From contig OY970192.1 in assembly GCA_963708135.1 (NCBI GenBank), positions 1,440,001 to 1,504,000 on the forward strand: DNA of 64,000 nucleotides. Direction: 5' to 3'. Positions within the stretch are counted from its first letter, which is position 1. The number at the start of each line of letters is the position of its first letter. The position numbers and the translations under genes are program-made. Positions 1-10,141 of the stretch are shown here, piece after piece. The notes beneath the pieces were generated by a model. The model was not told the DNA's origin. It did no database searches and worked only from the letters and a program-made list of their open reading frames with translations. This DNA comes from an uncultured Gemmatimonadales bacterium (lineage in GTDB: Bacteria; Gemmatimonadota; Gemmatimonadetes; Longimicrobiales; RSA9).

Positions 1-162
1 CGCGGCTTCGGGACCTTCAAGGTTCGCAAGCGGCGCTCGCGCATGGCGCGCAACCCGCGCACGGGCGACCCGGTCGAGGTGCCCTCGCGGGCGGTGCCGA
101 TCTTCAAGCCCTCGAAGGACCTCCGCGTCCAGGTGTCGGACGGCACGCACGTCGGGGTCTGA
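1..162 (+). CDS. HU/IHF-family DNA-binding protein, 3' part (truncated by window start)
   Basis: Frame 1 reads RGFGTFKVRKRRSRMARNPRTGDPVEVPSRAVPIFKPSKDL, the GFGxF...RNPRTG signature; TGA at 160-162. Confidence 0.92.
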   Translation, partial: RGFGTFKVRKRRSRMARNPRTGDPVEVPSRAVPIFKPSKDLRVQVSDGTHVGV

Positions 163-181
163 GCGCTTGCGGCTCGGCGAG

Positions 182-221
182 GCGCCCCATCCGGATCCTC
201 CGGGTGGGGCGCTCTGTATTT
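182..221 (+). terminator. Probable intrinsic terminator after HU/IHF gene
   Basis: GCGCCCCATCCGGA-tcc-TCCGGGTGGGGCGC stem (one G-U pair) followed by tctgtattt. Confidence 0.7.
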
Positions 222-247
222 AACGGCATGCGCGACCATGGCGTCTA
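220..247 (+). promoter_or_regulatory. Putative ECF-sigma (autoregulatory) promoter
   Basis: AAC (222-224), 17-nt spacer, CGTCTA (242-247), just before the GTG of the ECF gene. Confidence 0.4.
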
Positions 248-253
248 GCGGAA

Positions 254-826
254 GTGAGCACCAGCGTGCGATCGGAGCGGCGGGCGGAGGCGGCGCCGGA
301 GGACGAGGCGCGGCTGATCGAGCGGGCGCGGGCGGGAGACCGCGAGGCGCTGGAGTGGCTCGTGGCGCGGCACCTCGACGACGTGTACGGCGTCGCGATG
401 CGGGTCCTGCGGGACCGGGCGCTCGCGCAGGACGCCGCGCAGGATGCGTTCGTGAACGCGATGAACGGACTGGCGCGCTTCCGCGGCGACGCGAGCTTCC
501 GGACCTGGCTGCTGCGGATCACGATGAACGCGGCCCGTACCCTCGCGCGCCGGCGGGGGCGCCGACGCGAGGTGGCGATCGCGGAGGCCGTCGAAGTGCC
601 GGGCGGCGGGCACGATCCGGCTTCCGTCGCGGTGATCCGAACCGAGGCCGATCGCGCGCTGGAGGCGCTGGCCCGATTGCCGGAGAAGCAGCGGCTGGCC
701 GTTTCGCTGCGCGTGCACCAGGGGCTGAGCTATCAGGAGATCGGCGCGCTGATCGATTGCTCGGAGGGCGCCGCGCGCGTGAACTACCATCTGGGCATCA
801 AGCGCTTGCGGGAGATGGTGAAATGA
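254..826 (+). CDS. ECF (sigma-70 family) RNA polymerase sigma factor
   Basis: 190 aa; region 2 (AQDAAQDAFV..FRGDASFRTWLLRITMN) and region 4 (LPEKQR..GLSYQEIG). Confidence 0.93.
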   Translation: MSTSVRSERRAEAAPEDEARLIERARAGDREALEWLVARHLDDVYGVAMRVLRDRALAQDAAQDAFVNAMNGLARFRGDASFRTWLLRITMNAARTLARRRGRRREVAIAEAVEVPGGGHDPASVAVIRTEADRALEALARLPEKQRLAVSLRVHQGLSYQEIGALIDCSEGAARVNYHLGIKRLREMVK

Positions 827-1344
827 TCGTGCTGAGCTGTGATTCGGTGCGCGAGCGCCTTCCGGAGCTTCTCGCCGGCCGGCTGTCGGTGGCCGACGCG
901 GACGCGCTGCGGGGGCACCTGGCGGAGTGCGACGCGTGCGCGGCGGACCGGCGCACGATCCAGCATCTGCGTGCCGCGCGGCCCGAAGCTCCGCCCGCGC
1001 TGGGGCTGCGGGTGGTCGAGGCGGTTTCGAGCCGCCGCCCTGCTCCCGTGCTGCTGGTACGGCGGCGCATGCTCGTCGCCGCGACGGCGGCCGCAGCGCT
1101 CCTCGGCGGCAGCATGCTGTACCGGGCGGGGCGGTCCGCTGCACCCGCGACGGCCGTTCCGGACCTGGCCAATGGCACGGCGGCCGTCGCGGTGGGAGCG
1201 GCGGCGCCGGCACTGGATGGGCAGGTGCTCATGCAGGCTCCGCCCGGCAACATCGAGGCGGACGGGCTAGGCGCCGCGGCGTCGTCGCTCGACGATCTTT
1301 CGGTGGGCGAGCTCGAGTCCCTGCTCGCGGAGCTGAAGTCGTGA
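823..1344 (+). CDS. Zinc-finger (zf-HC2/ZAS) membrane anti-sigma factor
   Basis: ATGA overlap with sigma stop; N-terminal Cys plus HLAECDAC (HxxxCxxC); single hydrophobic segment. Confidence 0.82.
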   Translation: MIVLSCDSVRERLPELLAGRLSVADADALRGHLAECDACAADRRTIQHLRAARPEAPPALGLRVVEAVSSRRPAPVLLVRRRMLVAATAAAALLGGSMLYRAGRSAAPATAVPDLANGTAAVAVGAAAPALDGQVLMQAPPGNIEADGLGAAASSLDDLSVGELESLLAELKS

Positions 1345-1913
1345 GGGGACTTCTCGGGGCCGCGCTGCTCGCACTCGTGCTGGCTCCCGGCGCGCTGAGC
1401 GCGCAGCGCGCCGGCGATCCCAGGCGGGCGGCGCTCCAGGCGCAGATACTCGACCGCTTCATGGACCGCGTCTCCCAGCGATTGCAGCTCGACGGCGGGC
1501 AGCGCACGCGGCTCGAGCAGGTGCTGCGGGCGAACGAGACGCGGCGGCGCGAGCTCCAGCGCGATGCCGGCGCGCTGCGGCGCCGGCTCGCCGATGCGAT
1601 CCGCGATCCCGCGACCAGGCCGGGCGAGTTCGAGCATCTGCTGGACGGCATGGCGGACCTCCGCACGCGGGATGCCCGCCTCTGGCGCGACGAGCAGGCG
1701 GCCCTGGCGCAGGTGCTGAACCCACGCCAGCGCGCGGAGTTCGTCGGACTTCGCGTCCAGTTCTACGAGATGGTGCAGCGGCTGCGGCGGGAGCGCGGCG
1801 GACCCGGCGGGCCGCCAGGCCGCGGTCCGGGCATGTCACCCGGCGGCGGTCCTCCCGGCGGTGGACCCGGTCCCGGCGCGTTCCTCACGCCCACGCTCCC
1901 CCCGAGTCCGTAA
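1341..1913 (+). CDS. Exported Spy/CpxP-like (LTxxQ / periplasmic metal sensor) helical protein
   Basis: Signal peptide; LQLDGGQR and VLNPRQR repeats; Gly/Pro-rich tail; GTGA overlap. Confidence 0.65.
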   Translation: MRGLLGAALLALVLAPGALSAQRAGDPRRAALQAQILDRFMDRVSQRLQLDGGQRTRLEQVLRANETRRRELQRDAGALRRRLADAIRDPATRPGEFEHLLDGMADLRTRDARLWRDEQAALAQVLNPRQRAEFVGLRVQFYEMVQRLRRERGGPGGPPGRGPGMSPGGGPPGGGPGPGAFLTPTLPPSP

Positions 1914-2004
1914 CCAGCCGCGCGCCGGAGCATTCGGCTCCAGCGCATATGGCGGCCGGAAGACCCACGGATCCCGACGCGGGCCGACACCGCCGGGCAC
2001 CGGC

Positions 2005-2033
2005 TTGATGGAACCCCGCCGCGCGTCTAGCTT
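2005..2033 (+). promoter_or_regulatory. Sigma70-type promoter of moaDEA (likely leaderless)
   Basis: TTGATG-N17-TAGCTT, 6 nt before ATG 2040; no SD. Confidence 0.55.
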
Positions 2034-2039
2034 TCGGGC

Positions 2040-2291
2040 ATGACGATGCGCATCCAGCTGCTCTTCTTCGCGCTCTATCGGGACATGGCGGGCGTGGAAA
2101 CGCTCGAGATCGAGGTCCCTGCCGGCTCCACGGCCCGCGGGCTGGTCGGCCTCGTGCGTGAGCGTGGCGGCGGGCTTGCCCGGCTTCCGGCGGAGCCCGT
2201 CGTCGCCATCAACCGGGAGTATGCCTCCCTCGACGCTCATCTCTCGGATGGCGACGAGCTCGCGCTGCTGCCGCCGGTGGCCGGCGGATGA
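2040..2291 (+). CDS. moaD: Molybdopterin synthase sulfur carrier subunit
   Basis: 83 aa ubiquitin-like, ends DGDELALLPPVAGG. Confidence 0.95.
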   Translation: MTMRIQLLFFALYRDMAGVETLEIEVPAGSTARGLVGLVRERGGGLARLPAEPVVAINREYASLDAHLSDGDELALLPPVAGG

Positions 2292-2734
2292 GCGTGCGCG
2301 CGGTGGTGACGCGGGAGCGGATCGATCCGGGGGCCGTACTCGCGGCCGTGGGTGCGCCGCAAGACGGCGCCGTGGTCCTGTTCCTCGGTACCGTCCGGGA
2401 CCACAACGAGGGGCAGGCCGTCCGCGGCCTCCGCTACGAGGCGTACGAGTCGATGGCGAACGGGGTGCTGCAGAAGATCGCCGAGGCGGCCGCGACCCGG
2501 CTCGGGACGGAGCGCCTGACGGTCGTGCACCGGGTCGGCGAGCTGGAGGTGGGCGAGACGAGCGTGGCCGTGGCCGCCTCGAGCCCGCACCGCGCCGAGG
2601 CCTTCGATGCCGTGCGGTGGGCGATGGAGGAGATCAAGGCCCGCCTTCCGGTGTGGAAGGAGGAGCGCTACGTGGCCGGCGAGAGCCGTTGGCTCGAGGG
2701 TGCCGTACCGCCCGGATCCGGAGAGCGCCGGTGA
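2288..2734 (+). CDS. moaE: Molybdopterin synthase catalytic subunit
   Basis: GAVVLFLGTVR, HRVGEL, SSPHR, PVWKEE motifs. Confidence 0.95.
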   Translation: MSVRAVVTRERIDPGAVLAAVGAPQDGAVVLFLGTVRDHNEGQAVRGLRYEAYESMANGVLQKIAEAAATRLGTERLTVVHRVGELEVGETSVAVAASSPHRAEAFDAVRWAMEEIKARLPVWKEERYVAGESRWLEGAVPPGSGERR

Positions 2735-3780
2735 GCGAGCTCCTCGATCGGGCCGAGACGGCGCGGCGGACCCTCGAGGGGGAGCGCGCCGGAGACGGAA
2801 TGCGCGACGGCTTCGGACGCCGCATCGAGTACCTGCGCATCTCGGTGACGGACAAGTGCAACCTCCGGTGCGTGTACTGCATGCCCGAGGAGGGGCTGCC
2901 CTGGCTGAAGCGATCGGAGCTGCTCAGCTACGAGGAGATCGGCGAGATCGTGCGCGTAATGGCGGAGATGGGGCTCCGGCGCGTGCGCCTCACCGGGGGG
3001 GAGCCGCTGGTCCGGAAGGACCTTCCGGAGCTGGTCCGCCTGCTCGCCCGGGTTCCCGGGATCGACGACATCGCCCTTTCCACGAACGGCGTGCTGCTCG
3101 CGCCCGTGGCGGAGGAGCTGCGGGACGGCGGCGTCTCCCGCGTGAACCTCTCCCTCGACTCGCTGCGGCCCGGGCGCGTGGACGAGCTCGCCCGCCGACC
3201 CGGGTCCCACGCGCGCATCATGGCCGGCCTGGAGGCGGCGGAACGCGTCGGCTTCGCGCCGCTCAAGATCAACACGGTCGTCATGCGCGGCCGCAACGAC
3301 GACGAGCTCGAGGACTTCGCGCGCGCAACGCTCGATCGGCCCTGGCACGTCCGCTTCATCGAGGTCATGCCGGTCGGCAACAACCTCGGCATCTCGGCGG
3401 ACGAGTACATCTCGGCCTTCGAGATGCTCGAGCGGATCCGCGCGGTGCGCGCGCTGGAGCCGGTGGAAGGACCCGCCGGCAACGGCCCCGCGACCTACTT
3501 CCGCCTGGCGGGAGCCCGCGGAACCATCGGCGTCATTACGCCCATGAGCCACAACTACTGTGAGCGCTGCAACCGCATGCGGCTGACCGCCGATGGAGCG
3601 CTGCGCCCCTGCCTGTTCGGCTCGCTCCAGCGCAACCTGCGCGATCCGCTGCGGACCGGCACGCCGCTTCGCCCGATCATCGAGGAGGTGCTGCGCGTGA
3701 AGCCGGAGCGGCACCACCTCGTGCAGGGCAGCGCCGAGGGCTCGGGCGGGCTCATCGCTCTCTCGCAGGTCGGCGGCTGA
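2731..3780 (+). CDS. moaA: GTP 3',8-cyclase (radical SAM)
   Basis: YLRISVTDKCNLRCVYCMP; C-terminal CERCNRMR..C; ends GG. Confidence 0.96.
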   Translation: MSELLDRAETARRTLEGERAGDGMRDGFGRRIEYLRISVTDKCNLRCVYCMPEEGLPWLKRSELLSYEEIGEIVRVMAEMGLRRVRLTGGEPLVRKDLPELVRLLARVPGIDDIALSTNGVLLAPVAEELRDGGVSRVNLSLDSLRPGRVDELARRPGSHARIMAGLEAAERVGFAPLKINTVVMRGRNDDELEDFARATLDRPWHVRFIEVMPVGNNLGISADEYISAFEMLERIRAVRALEPVEGPAGNGPATYFRLAGARGTIGVITPMSHNYCERCNRMRLTADGALRPCLFGSLQRNLRDPLRTGTPLRPIIEEVLRVKPERHHLVQGSAEGSGGLIALSQVGG

Positions 3781-3889
3781 GCGTCCTCGGAACCCCTCCA
3801 CGACACCGGCCAGCCTCCCCGGCCCCGTACCTGAAGCCACCCCGTCGGAATCCCCGTAAAGCGGTGAAATTTCGCACCTCCGGGTCGCG

Positions 3890-3918
3890 TTGACACCCCG
3901 GAAGGCGGCCCCTAGTTT
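3890..3918 (+). promoter_or_regulatory. Sigma70 promoter of mdh-sdhCAB
   Basis: TTGACA-N17-TAGTTT. Confidence 0.7.
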
Positions 3919-3950
3919 GCCCCCCGCACGAGTTCCTCTGAAGAGGCTGG

Positions 3951-4883
3951 ATGGCCATGGTCAACAAGATTACGGTCGTGGGCGCCGGGCACGTTGGCGC
4001 GACCACGGCGCAGGGGCTGGCGCGCCGGGAGCTGGCAGGCGAGGTCGTGCTGGTGGACGTCGTCGAGGGAGTGCCGCAGGGGAAGGGGCTCGACCAGTGG
4101 GAGTCGGCCCCGATCGAGGGCTTCGACACGCAGGTGAGGGGAACGAACGACTACGATGCCACGGCGGGCTCGGACGTGGTGATCATCACCGCGGGTATCG
4201 CGCGGAAGCCGGGAATGAGCCGGGACGACCTGCTCAAGACGAACGCCGGAATCGTCCGCCAGGTGTCGGAGAAGATCAAGGCGTCTTCGCCGGACGCCAT
4301 CGTGATCATGGTCTCCAATCCGCTCGACGTGATGGCGTACGTCTGCAAGCGCACGACGGGGTTCCCGCGCGAGCGGGTGGTCGGGATGGCGGGGGTGCTG
4401 GACACGGCGCGCTACCGTTCGTTCATCGCGCGCGAGCTGGACGTCAGCGTGGAGGACATCCAGGCGCTGGTGCTCGGCGGGCACGGCGACACCATGGTGC
4501 CGCTGGCGTCCTACACGACGGTCAGCGGCATTCCCGTTACGCAGCTCGTGGCGCAGGAGCGCATCGAGGCCCTGGTGGATCGGGCACGGAAGGGCGGCGC
4601 GGAGATCGTGGGGCTGCTGAAGACCGGCAGCGCGTATTACGCCCCCGCGGCGGCGGCCGTGCAGATGGCCGAGGCGATCGTGAAGAACAAGCGCCGGATC
4701 CTGCCCTGCTCCGCGTATCTGCAGGGGGAATACGGCCTGGAGGGCCTCTTCCTGGGCGTGCCGTGCAAGCTCGGCCGCAACGGCCTGGAGCAGATCGTGG
4801 AGGTCGAGCTCACGGCGGAGGAGCGGGCCGCGCTCGGCCGCTCGGCCGACGCGGTGCGGGAGACCATGGCCGTGCTCGACTGA
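3951..4883 (+). CDS. mdh: Malate dehydrogenase (LDH-like)
   Basis: [28 protein letters not shown]. Confidence 0.96.
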   Translation: MAMVNKITVVGAGHVGATTAQGLARRELAGEVVLVDVVEGVPQGKGLDQWESAPIEGFDTQVRGTNDYDATAGSDVVIITAGIARKPGMSRDDLLKTNAGIVRQVSEKIKASSPDAIVIMVSNPLDVMAYVCKRTTGFPRERVVGMAGVLDTARYRSFIARELDVSVEDIQALVLGGHGDTMVPLASYTTVSGIPVTQLVAQERIEALVDRARKGGAEIVGLLKTGSAYYAPAAAAVQMAEAIVKNKRRILPCSAYLQGEYGLEGLFLGVPCKLGRNGLEQIVEVELTAEERAALGRSADAVRETMAVLD

Positions 4884-4931
4884 GCGCCAGTACGGCCCCC
4901 AACGCAACCGGAACAGGACCGCGGAGCCGCG

Positions 4932-5612
4932 ATGCGCCGCCTCGCCACGCTGTACGACTCGACCGTCGGCAAGAAGATCATGATGGCGTCCACGGGCGTC
5001 ATCCTGATCCTGTTCGTGGTCGGCCACATGATCGGGAACCTGCACGTCTACCAGGGGCCGCAGCGCTACAACGAGTACGCCGAGGGCCTGCGCACGTTCG
5101 GCGCTCCGTTCTTCTCGTACGGGCAGACGCTGTGGGTCGTGCGGGTGGTCCTCATCGTCTCGGTGCTGATCCACATCGTCGCCGCGACCCAACTCACGCT
5201 GCGCAGCCGGTCCAGGCGGGATGTCGGCTACAAGAAGTACGACAGCGGCCTCGCCTTCAGCTACGCCTCGCGGACCATGCTCTGGGGCGGCATCATCATC
5301 CTCATGTTCGTGGTCTACCACCTGATGGACCTGACGTGGGGCTGGCTGAACCCGGACTTCGTGCCCGGTGACCCGTACCACAACTTCGTCGCCACGTTCA
5401 GCGTATGGCCGATCGCGCTCTGGTACATCGCGGCGATGATCCCGCTCGGACTGCACCTCTACCACGGCTTCTGGAGCATGCTCCAGACGTTGGGCGCCAA
5501 CAACCCGCGCTACAACGCGTACCGCCGGCCGCTGGCCGCGGTGCTGGCGCTGATCATCGTGATCGGCAACATCTCGTTCCCGATCTCCGTCTTGACCGGA
5601 GTCGTCAGATAG
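4932..5612 (+). CDS. sdhC: Succinate dehydrogenase cytochrome b558 subunit
   Basis: GKKIMMASTG..HMIGNL; five TM helices with heme His residues; precedes sdhA. Confidence 0.93.
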   Translation: MRRLATLYDSTVGKKIMMASTGVILILFVVGHMIGNLHVYQGPQRYNEYAEGLRTFGAPFFSYGQTLWVVRVVLIVSVLIHIVAATQLTLRSRSRRDVGYKKYDSGLAFSYASRTMLWGGIIILMFVVYHLMDLTWGWLNPDFVPGDPYHNFVATFSVWPIALWYIAAMIPLGLHLYHGFWSMLQTLGANNPRYNAYRRPLAAVLALIIVIGNISFPISVLTGVVR

Positions 5613-5630
5613 CGCGAGGCGAGGCCTGCG

Positions 5631-7544
5631 ATGGAGCTGAACTCGAAGATCCCGGATGGCCCGATCCAGGATAAATGGGCCAATCACCGCTTCGCGATGA
5701 AGCTGGTGAACCCGGCGAACAAGCGGAAGTTCGACGTGATCGTGGTCGGCTCGGGCCTGGCGGGCGCGTCCGCGGCCGCCACCATGGGCGAGCTAGGCTA
5801 CAACGTGCGCTGCTTCTGCTTCCAGGACAGCCCGCGCCGGGCGCACAGCATCGCCGCGCAGGGCGGCATCAACGCGGCGAAGAATTACCAGAACGACGGG
5901 GACAGCATCTACCGTCTGTTCTACGACACCGTGAAGGGCGGCGACTTCCGCTCGCGGGAGGCCAACGTCTACCGGCTGGCGCAGGTCAGCAACAACATCA
6001 TCGACCAGTGCGTGGCGCAGGGCGTCCCCTTCGCCCGCGAGTACGGCGGGCTGCTGGCCAACCGGTCGTTCGGCGGGGCGCAGGTCTCGCGCACCTTCTA
6101 CGCGCGCGGGCAGACGGGACAGCAGCTCCTGCTCGGGGCGTACCAGGCGCTCGAGCGGCAGGTCCGGGCGGGCAAAGTGGAGATGTACTCGCGCCACGAG
6201 ATGCTCGACGTGGTGCTGATCGACGGGCTCGCGCGCGGCATCGTGACGCGCGACCTCGTGACGGGGGCGATCGAGTCCTGGGCCGCCGACGCCGTGGTCC
6301 TCGCCACCGGCGGCTACAGCAACGTCTTCTATCTCAGCACGAACGCGAAGGGCTGCAACGTCACGGCGGCGTGGCGGGCCTACAAGCACGGCGCGGGCTT
6401 CGCCAACCCGTGCTTCACACAGATCCATCCCACGTGCATCCCGCCGCACGGCGCCGGCCAGTCGAAGCTCACGCTGATGAGCGAGTCGCTGCGGAACGAC
6501 GGGCGCGTCTGGGTGCCGAAGCGACCCGACGACAAGCGGCCGCCGAACGAGATCCCCGATCCGGAGCGGGACTACTACCTGGAGCGGATCTACCCGAGCT
6601 TCGGGAACCTGGCACCGCGCGACATCTCGTCCCGCCGCGCCAAGGAGGTAGTGGACGAGGGGCGGGGCGTCGGCCCGAGCGGCGTGGGCGTCTACCTCGA
6701 CTTCCGCGATGCGATCCAGCGGCTCGGGCGGGACGTGGTGGCCGACCGCTACGGCAACCTGTTCGACATGTACGAGAACATCACGGGCGAGAACCCCTAT
6801 CAGGTGCCGATGCGGATCTACCCGGCGCCCCACTACACGATGGGCGGGCTCTGGGTCGACTACAACCTGATGAGCACGATCCCCGGGCTCCACGTGATCG
6901 GCGAAGCCAATTTCTCCGACCACGGCGCGAACCGTCTGGGCGCGAGCGCGCTCATGCAGGGGCTGGCGGACGGCTACTTCGTCCTCCCGCTCACCATCGG
7001 GGACTACCTGGCCAGCACCAAGCCGGCCGCCGTGGCCCCGGACCACGAGGCGTTCAGGGCGGCGGAGGCGGACGTTGCGGACATGACGCGGCGGCTCCTG
7101 GAGGTGAAGGGCTCGCGCACCGTGACGGACTTCCACCGCGAGCTCGGCAAGATCATGTGGGAATACTGCGGCATGGAGCGGAGCGCCGAGGGGTTGACGA
7201 AGGCGCTGGAGCTGATCCCGCAGCTGCGCGAGGAGTTCTGGCGCAATGTCCGCATTCCGGGCCAGGGCGAGGAGCTCAACCAGCAGCTCGAGCACGCCGG
7301 GCGGGTGGCCGACTTCCTCGAGCTCGGCGAGCTCATGTGCTGGGACGCGCTGCAGCGCGATGAGTCGGCCGGCGCCCACTTCCGCGTCGAGCACCAGACC
7401 GCCGAGGGCGAGGCCAGGCGCAACGACGAGGAGTTCGCGTATGCGGCGGTGTGGGAGTTCCGCGGCCCGGGCGAGCGCCCCGCGCTGCACAAGGAGCCGC
7501 TCGAGTTCGAGTACGTCCACTTCTCGCAGCGCAGCTACAAGTAG
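5631..7544 (+). CDS. sdhA: Succinate dehydrogenase/fumarate reductase flavoprotein
   Basis: [29 protein letters not shown]. Confidence 0.96.
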   Translation: MELNSKIPDGPIQDKWANHRFAMKLVNPANKRKFDVIVVGSGLAGASAAATMGELGYNVRCFCFQDSPRRAHSIAAQGGINAAKNYQNDGDSIYRLFYDTVKGGDFRSREANVYRLAQVSNNIIDQCVAQGVPFAREYGGLLANRSFGGAQVSRTFYARGQTGQQLLLGAYQALERQVRAGKVEMYSRHEMLDVVLIDGLARGIVTRDLVTGAIESWAADAVVLATGGYSNVFYLSTNAKGCNVTAAWRAYKHGAGFANPCFTQIHPTCIPPHGAGQSKLTLMSESLRNDGRVWVPKRPDDKRPPNEIPDPERDYYLERIYPSFGNLAPRDISSRRAKEVVDEGRGVGPSGVGVYLDFRDAIQRLGRDVVADRYGNLFDMYENITGENPYQVPMRIYPAPHYTMGGLWVDYNLMSTIPGLHVIGEANFSDHGANRLGASALMQGLADGYFVLPLTIGDYLASTKPAAVAPDHEAFRAAEADVADMTRRLLEVKGSRTVTDFHRELGKIMWEYCGMERSAEGLTKALELIPQLREEFWRNVRIPGQGEELNQQLEHAGRVADFLELGELMCWDALQRDESAGAHFRVEHQTAEGEARRNDEEFAYAAVWEFRGPGERPALHKEPLEFEYVHFSQRSYK

Positions 7545-7612
7545 CTCGCACGCGACGCCGGCTCGAGCGCCGGCCGCGCGGGCGGCCGCCCCAACATCGA
7601 GGATATGGAGTC

Positions 7613-8368
7613 ATGAACCTCACGCTCCACGTATGGCGGCAGGCGGGCGCGAAGGCCCGGGGCCGCTTCGTGACCTACGCCGCCGAGGACATCAGTCCCC
7701 ACATGTCCTTCCTCGAGATGCTCGACCGGCTGAACGAGAGCCTGATCGAGCGCGGCGAGGAGCCGATCGCCTTCGACAGCGACTGCCGCGAGGGCATCTG
7801 CGGCATGTGCGGCTTCATGATCAATGGCGACCCGCACGGGCCGCTCCCCGCCGCCACCGTGTGCCAGCTCCACATGCGCCACTACAAGGACGGCGACGAG
7901 CTGTGGCTCGAGCCCTGGCGCGCGACCGCCTTCCCGGTGGTCCGCGACCTCGTGGTGGACCGCAGCGCCTTCGACCACATCATCCAGGCGGGCGGCTACG
8001 TCTCCATCCGCACCGGCGCGCCGCCGGACGCCAATTCGATCCCGGTACCCAAGCAGAACGCCGACTCGGCCATGGACGCCGCCGCATGCATCGCCTGTGG
8101 CGCCTGCGTGGCGGCCTGTCCGAACGCCTCGGCCATGCTCTTCACCGCGGCCAAGGTCTCCCACCTCGGCCTGATGCCCCAGGGTCAGCCCGAGCGCTAC
8201 GCCCGCGTCATCGACATGGTGCTCGCACAGGACGCGGACTTCGGCCATTGCACCAACCACGGCGCGTGCCAGAACGCCTGCCCCAAGGCGATCAGCGTCG
8301 ACTTCATCGCGCGGCTCAACCGGGACCTGCGGCACGCGCGCTTCCGGCGCGAGACGGAGCTGGGCTAA
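7613..8368 (+). CDS. sdhB: Succinate dehydrogenase iron-sulfur subunit
   Basis: [33 protein letters not shown]. Confidence 0.95.
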   Translation: MNLTLHVWRQAGAKARGRFVTYAAEDISPHMSFLEMLDRLNESLIERGEEPIAFDSDCREGICGMCGFMINGDPHGPLPAATVCQLHMRHYKDGDELWLEPWRATAFPVVRDLVVDRSAFDHIIQAGGYVSIRTGAPPDANSIPVPKQNADSAMDAAACIACGACVAACPNASAMLFTAAKVSHLGLMPQGQPERYARVIDMVLAQDADFGHCTNHGACQNACPKAISVDFIARLNRDLRHARFRRETELG

Positions 8369-8374
8369 GACGAA

Positions 8375-8929
8375 CTACAGCATCGGCGGCGTGACTCCCA
8401 CCTGGTCCTGGTACTTGCCCTTCCGCATGGCGTACGTGATCTCCGGCGCCTCGTCCCCTTGAAAGAACAGGAGCTGGGCCAGCCCCTCGTTCGAATAGAT
8501 CTTGGCGGGGAGCGGCGTCGTGTTGGAGATCTCCAGCGTCAGGTACCCGCGCCACTCCGGCTCGAGCGGGGTGACGTTCACGATGATGCCGCAACGCGCG
8601 TAGGTCGACTTCCCGACGCAGACCACCAGCACATCATTCGGCACGCGGAAAAACTCGAGCGTGCGGGCAAGGGCGAAGGAGCGGGGCGGGATGATGCAGG
8701 AGCTCCCCTTGATGTCCACGAACGAGCGGTTGTCGAACGCCTTCGGATCCACCAGCACGCTGTACACGTCCGTGAACACCTTGTACTCGTCGGCAACCCG
8801 CACGTCGTAGCCGAAGGAGGAGAGTCCGTAGCTGACGACGCCGTCGCGCACCTGGCGGCTCTCGAACGGCTCGATCATCCCATGCTCCTCCGCCATGCGG
8901 CGGATCCAGCGATCGCTCTTGATGGCCAT
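8375..8929 (-). CDS. dcd: dCTP deaminase
   Basis: [35 protein letters not shown]. Confidence 0.95.
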   Translation of the reverse strand: MAIKSDRWIRRMAEEHGMIEPFESRQVRDGVVSYGLSSFGYDVRVADEYKVFTDVYSVLVDPKAFDNRSFVDIKGSSCIIPPRSFALARTLEFFRVPNDVLVVCVGKSTYARCGIIVNVTPLEPEWRGYLTLEISNTTPLPAKIYSNEGLAQLLFFQGDEAPEITYAMRKGKYQDQVGVTPPML

Positions 8930-8979
8930 CTGGTGCGTGCCTCCGCGGCGACTCGATTCGGGTCCGGCTCGGAGGCGCC

Positions 8980-9009
8980 AAGTTAGGCGCGAGGCGCCCG
9001 GCGGTGCAA
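8980..9009 (-). promoter_or_regulatory. Putative sigma70 promoter of dcd
   Basis: Minus strand TTGCAC-N18-TAACTT, back-to-back with the nuo promoter. Confidence 0.5.
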
Positions 9010-9020
9010 GCGACGTCGGC

Positions 9021-9050
9021 TTGACACCCCCCCGGCGCCCGGGGTATACT
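9021..9050 (+). promoter_or_regulatory. Sigma70 promoter of nuo operon
   Basis: TTGACA-N18-TATACT. Confidence 0.75.
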
Positions 9051-9063
9051 CCCGCGGCCTGAC

Positions 9064-9081
9064 AAGTGAAGGAATTCACAA
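9064..9081. promoter_or_regulatory. Rex-type operator
   Basis: AAGTGAA-GGAA-TTCACAA versus Rex consensus TTGTGAA-N4-TTCACAA, just downstream of the -10 box. Confidence 0.7.
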
Positions 9082-9102
9082 GTCCTGGAGCGGATTTTTC
9101 GC

Positions 9103-9459
9103 ATGACGGAAACGTACGTGCCGGTCCTGATCCTGCTGTGCGTTTCGGTGATCAACGCCGTCGGGATGGTGGTGGCCTCGCACTTCTTGGGGCCGATCCG
9201 GGCGACGCGGGCGAAGCGGATGCCGTACGAGTCGGGGATGGTGCCGCTCGGGAACGCGCGGGAGCGTTTCTCGGTCAAGTTCTACATGGTGGCGATCCTG
9301 TTCATCGTGTTCGACCTGGAGACGGTCTTCCTGATTCCGTGGAGCGTGGCGTTCCGGAGCCTGGGCTGGTTCGGGTTCTGGGAGATGCTGGTGTTCCTGG
9401 GAGTGCTGCTGGTGGGGCTGGTGTACGTATGGAAGAAAGGAGCGCTCCAGTGGGAGTAG
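9103..9459 (+). CDS. nuoA: NADH-quinone oxidoreductase subunit A
   Basis: [27 protein letters not shown]. Confidence 0.96.
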   Translation: MTETYVPVLILLCVSVINAVGMVVASHFLGPIRATRAKRMPYESGMVPLGNARERFSVKFYMVAILFIVFDLETVFLIPWSVAFRSLGWFGFWEMLVFLGVLLVGLVYVWKKGALQWE

Positions 9460-10133
9460 AGGGGGGGCGCGGAGGTCGGCAGCCGCTGCCGACGGTGGCG
9501 CGCGGCGAGGCGAGCTGGCTGACGACGCGTCTGGACGATCTGGTGAACTGGGCGCGGCGGAGCTCGCTGTGGCCGATGCCGTTCGGCACGGCGTGCTGCG
9601 CGATCGAGATGATGGCGACGGCGGCGTCGAAGTACGACCTGGCGCGCTTCGGCATGGAGCGGATGAGCTTTTCGCCGCGGCAGGCGGACCTTCTGATCTG
9701 CGCGGGGCGGCTGCCGTACAAGATGGCGTCGGTGATCCGCAAGATCTGGGACCAGATGCCGCAGCCGAAGTGGGCGATCTCGATGGGCGCGTGCGCCTCG
9801 TCGGGCGGGGTGTTCGACGCGTACAGCATGGTGCAGGGGATCGACACGATCATCCCGGTGGACATTTACGTTCCGGGTTGCCCGCCGCGTCCGGAGGGGC
9901 TGATCTACGGAATCCTGATGCTGCACGAGAAGATCCGCGGCGAGTCGGTGGTGAACCGTGAGCTGCACGAGCGGCTGCGCTTCGAGGACCCGGAGGCGGC
10001 CGGGAAGCCGAATCTGCCGGCGCGGGTGATCGACGAGCTGGCGCTGCCGTTCGGCAACTCGACGAAGCAGAATCGCGTGAGCGGTCTGGTGTCAACGGGT
10101 GCGCTGTCGCGGCCTTCCGACCGGCAGCCGTAG
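9450..10133 (+). CDS. nuoB: NADH-quinone oxidoreductase subunit B
   Basis: [27 protein letters not shown]. Confidence 0.95.
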   Translation: MGVEGGRGGRQPLPTVARGEASWLTTRLDDLVNWARRSSLWPMPFGTACCAIEMMATAASKYDLARFGMERMSFSPRQADLLICAGRLPYKMASVIRKIWDQMPQPKWAISMGACASSGGVFDAYSMVQGIDTIIPVDIYVPGCPPRPEGLIYGILMLHEKIRGESVVNRELHERLRFEDPEAAGKPNLPARVIDELALPFGNSTKQNRVSGLVSTGALSRPSDRQP

Positions 10134-10141
10134 CGGCAGCG

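Noticed and set aside
1914..2039. Moco riboswitch upstream of moaD
   Set aside because: Promoter-like element abuts the ATG, leaving no leader; no recognisable riboswitch structure
9027..9033. C7 tract in the nuo promoter spacer as a phase-variation switch
   Set aside because: Too short and common at this GC content; no supporting evidence
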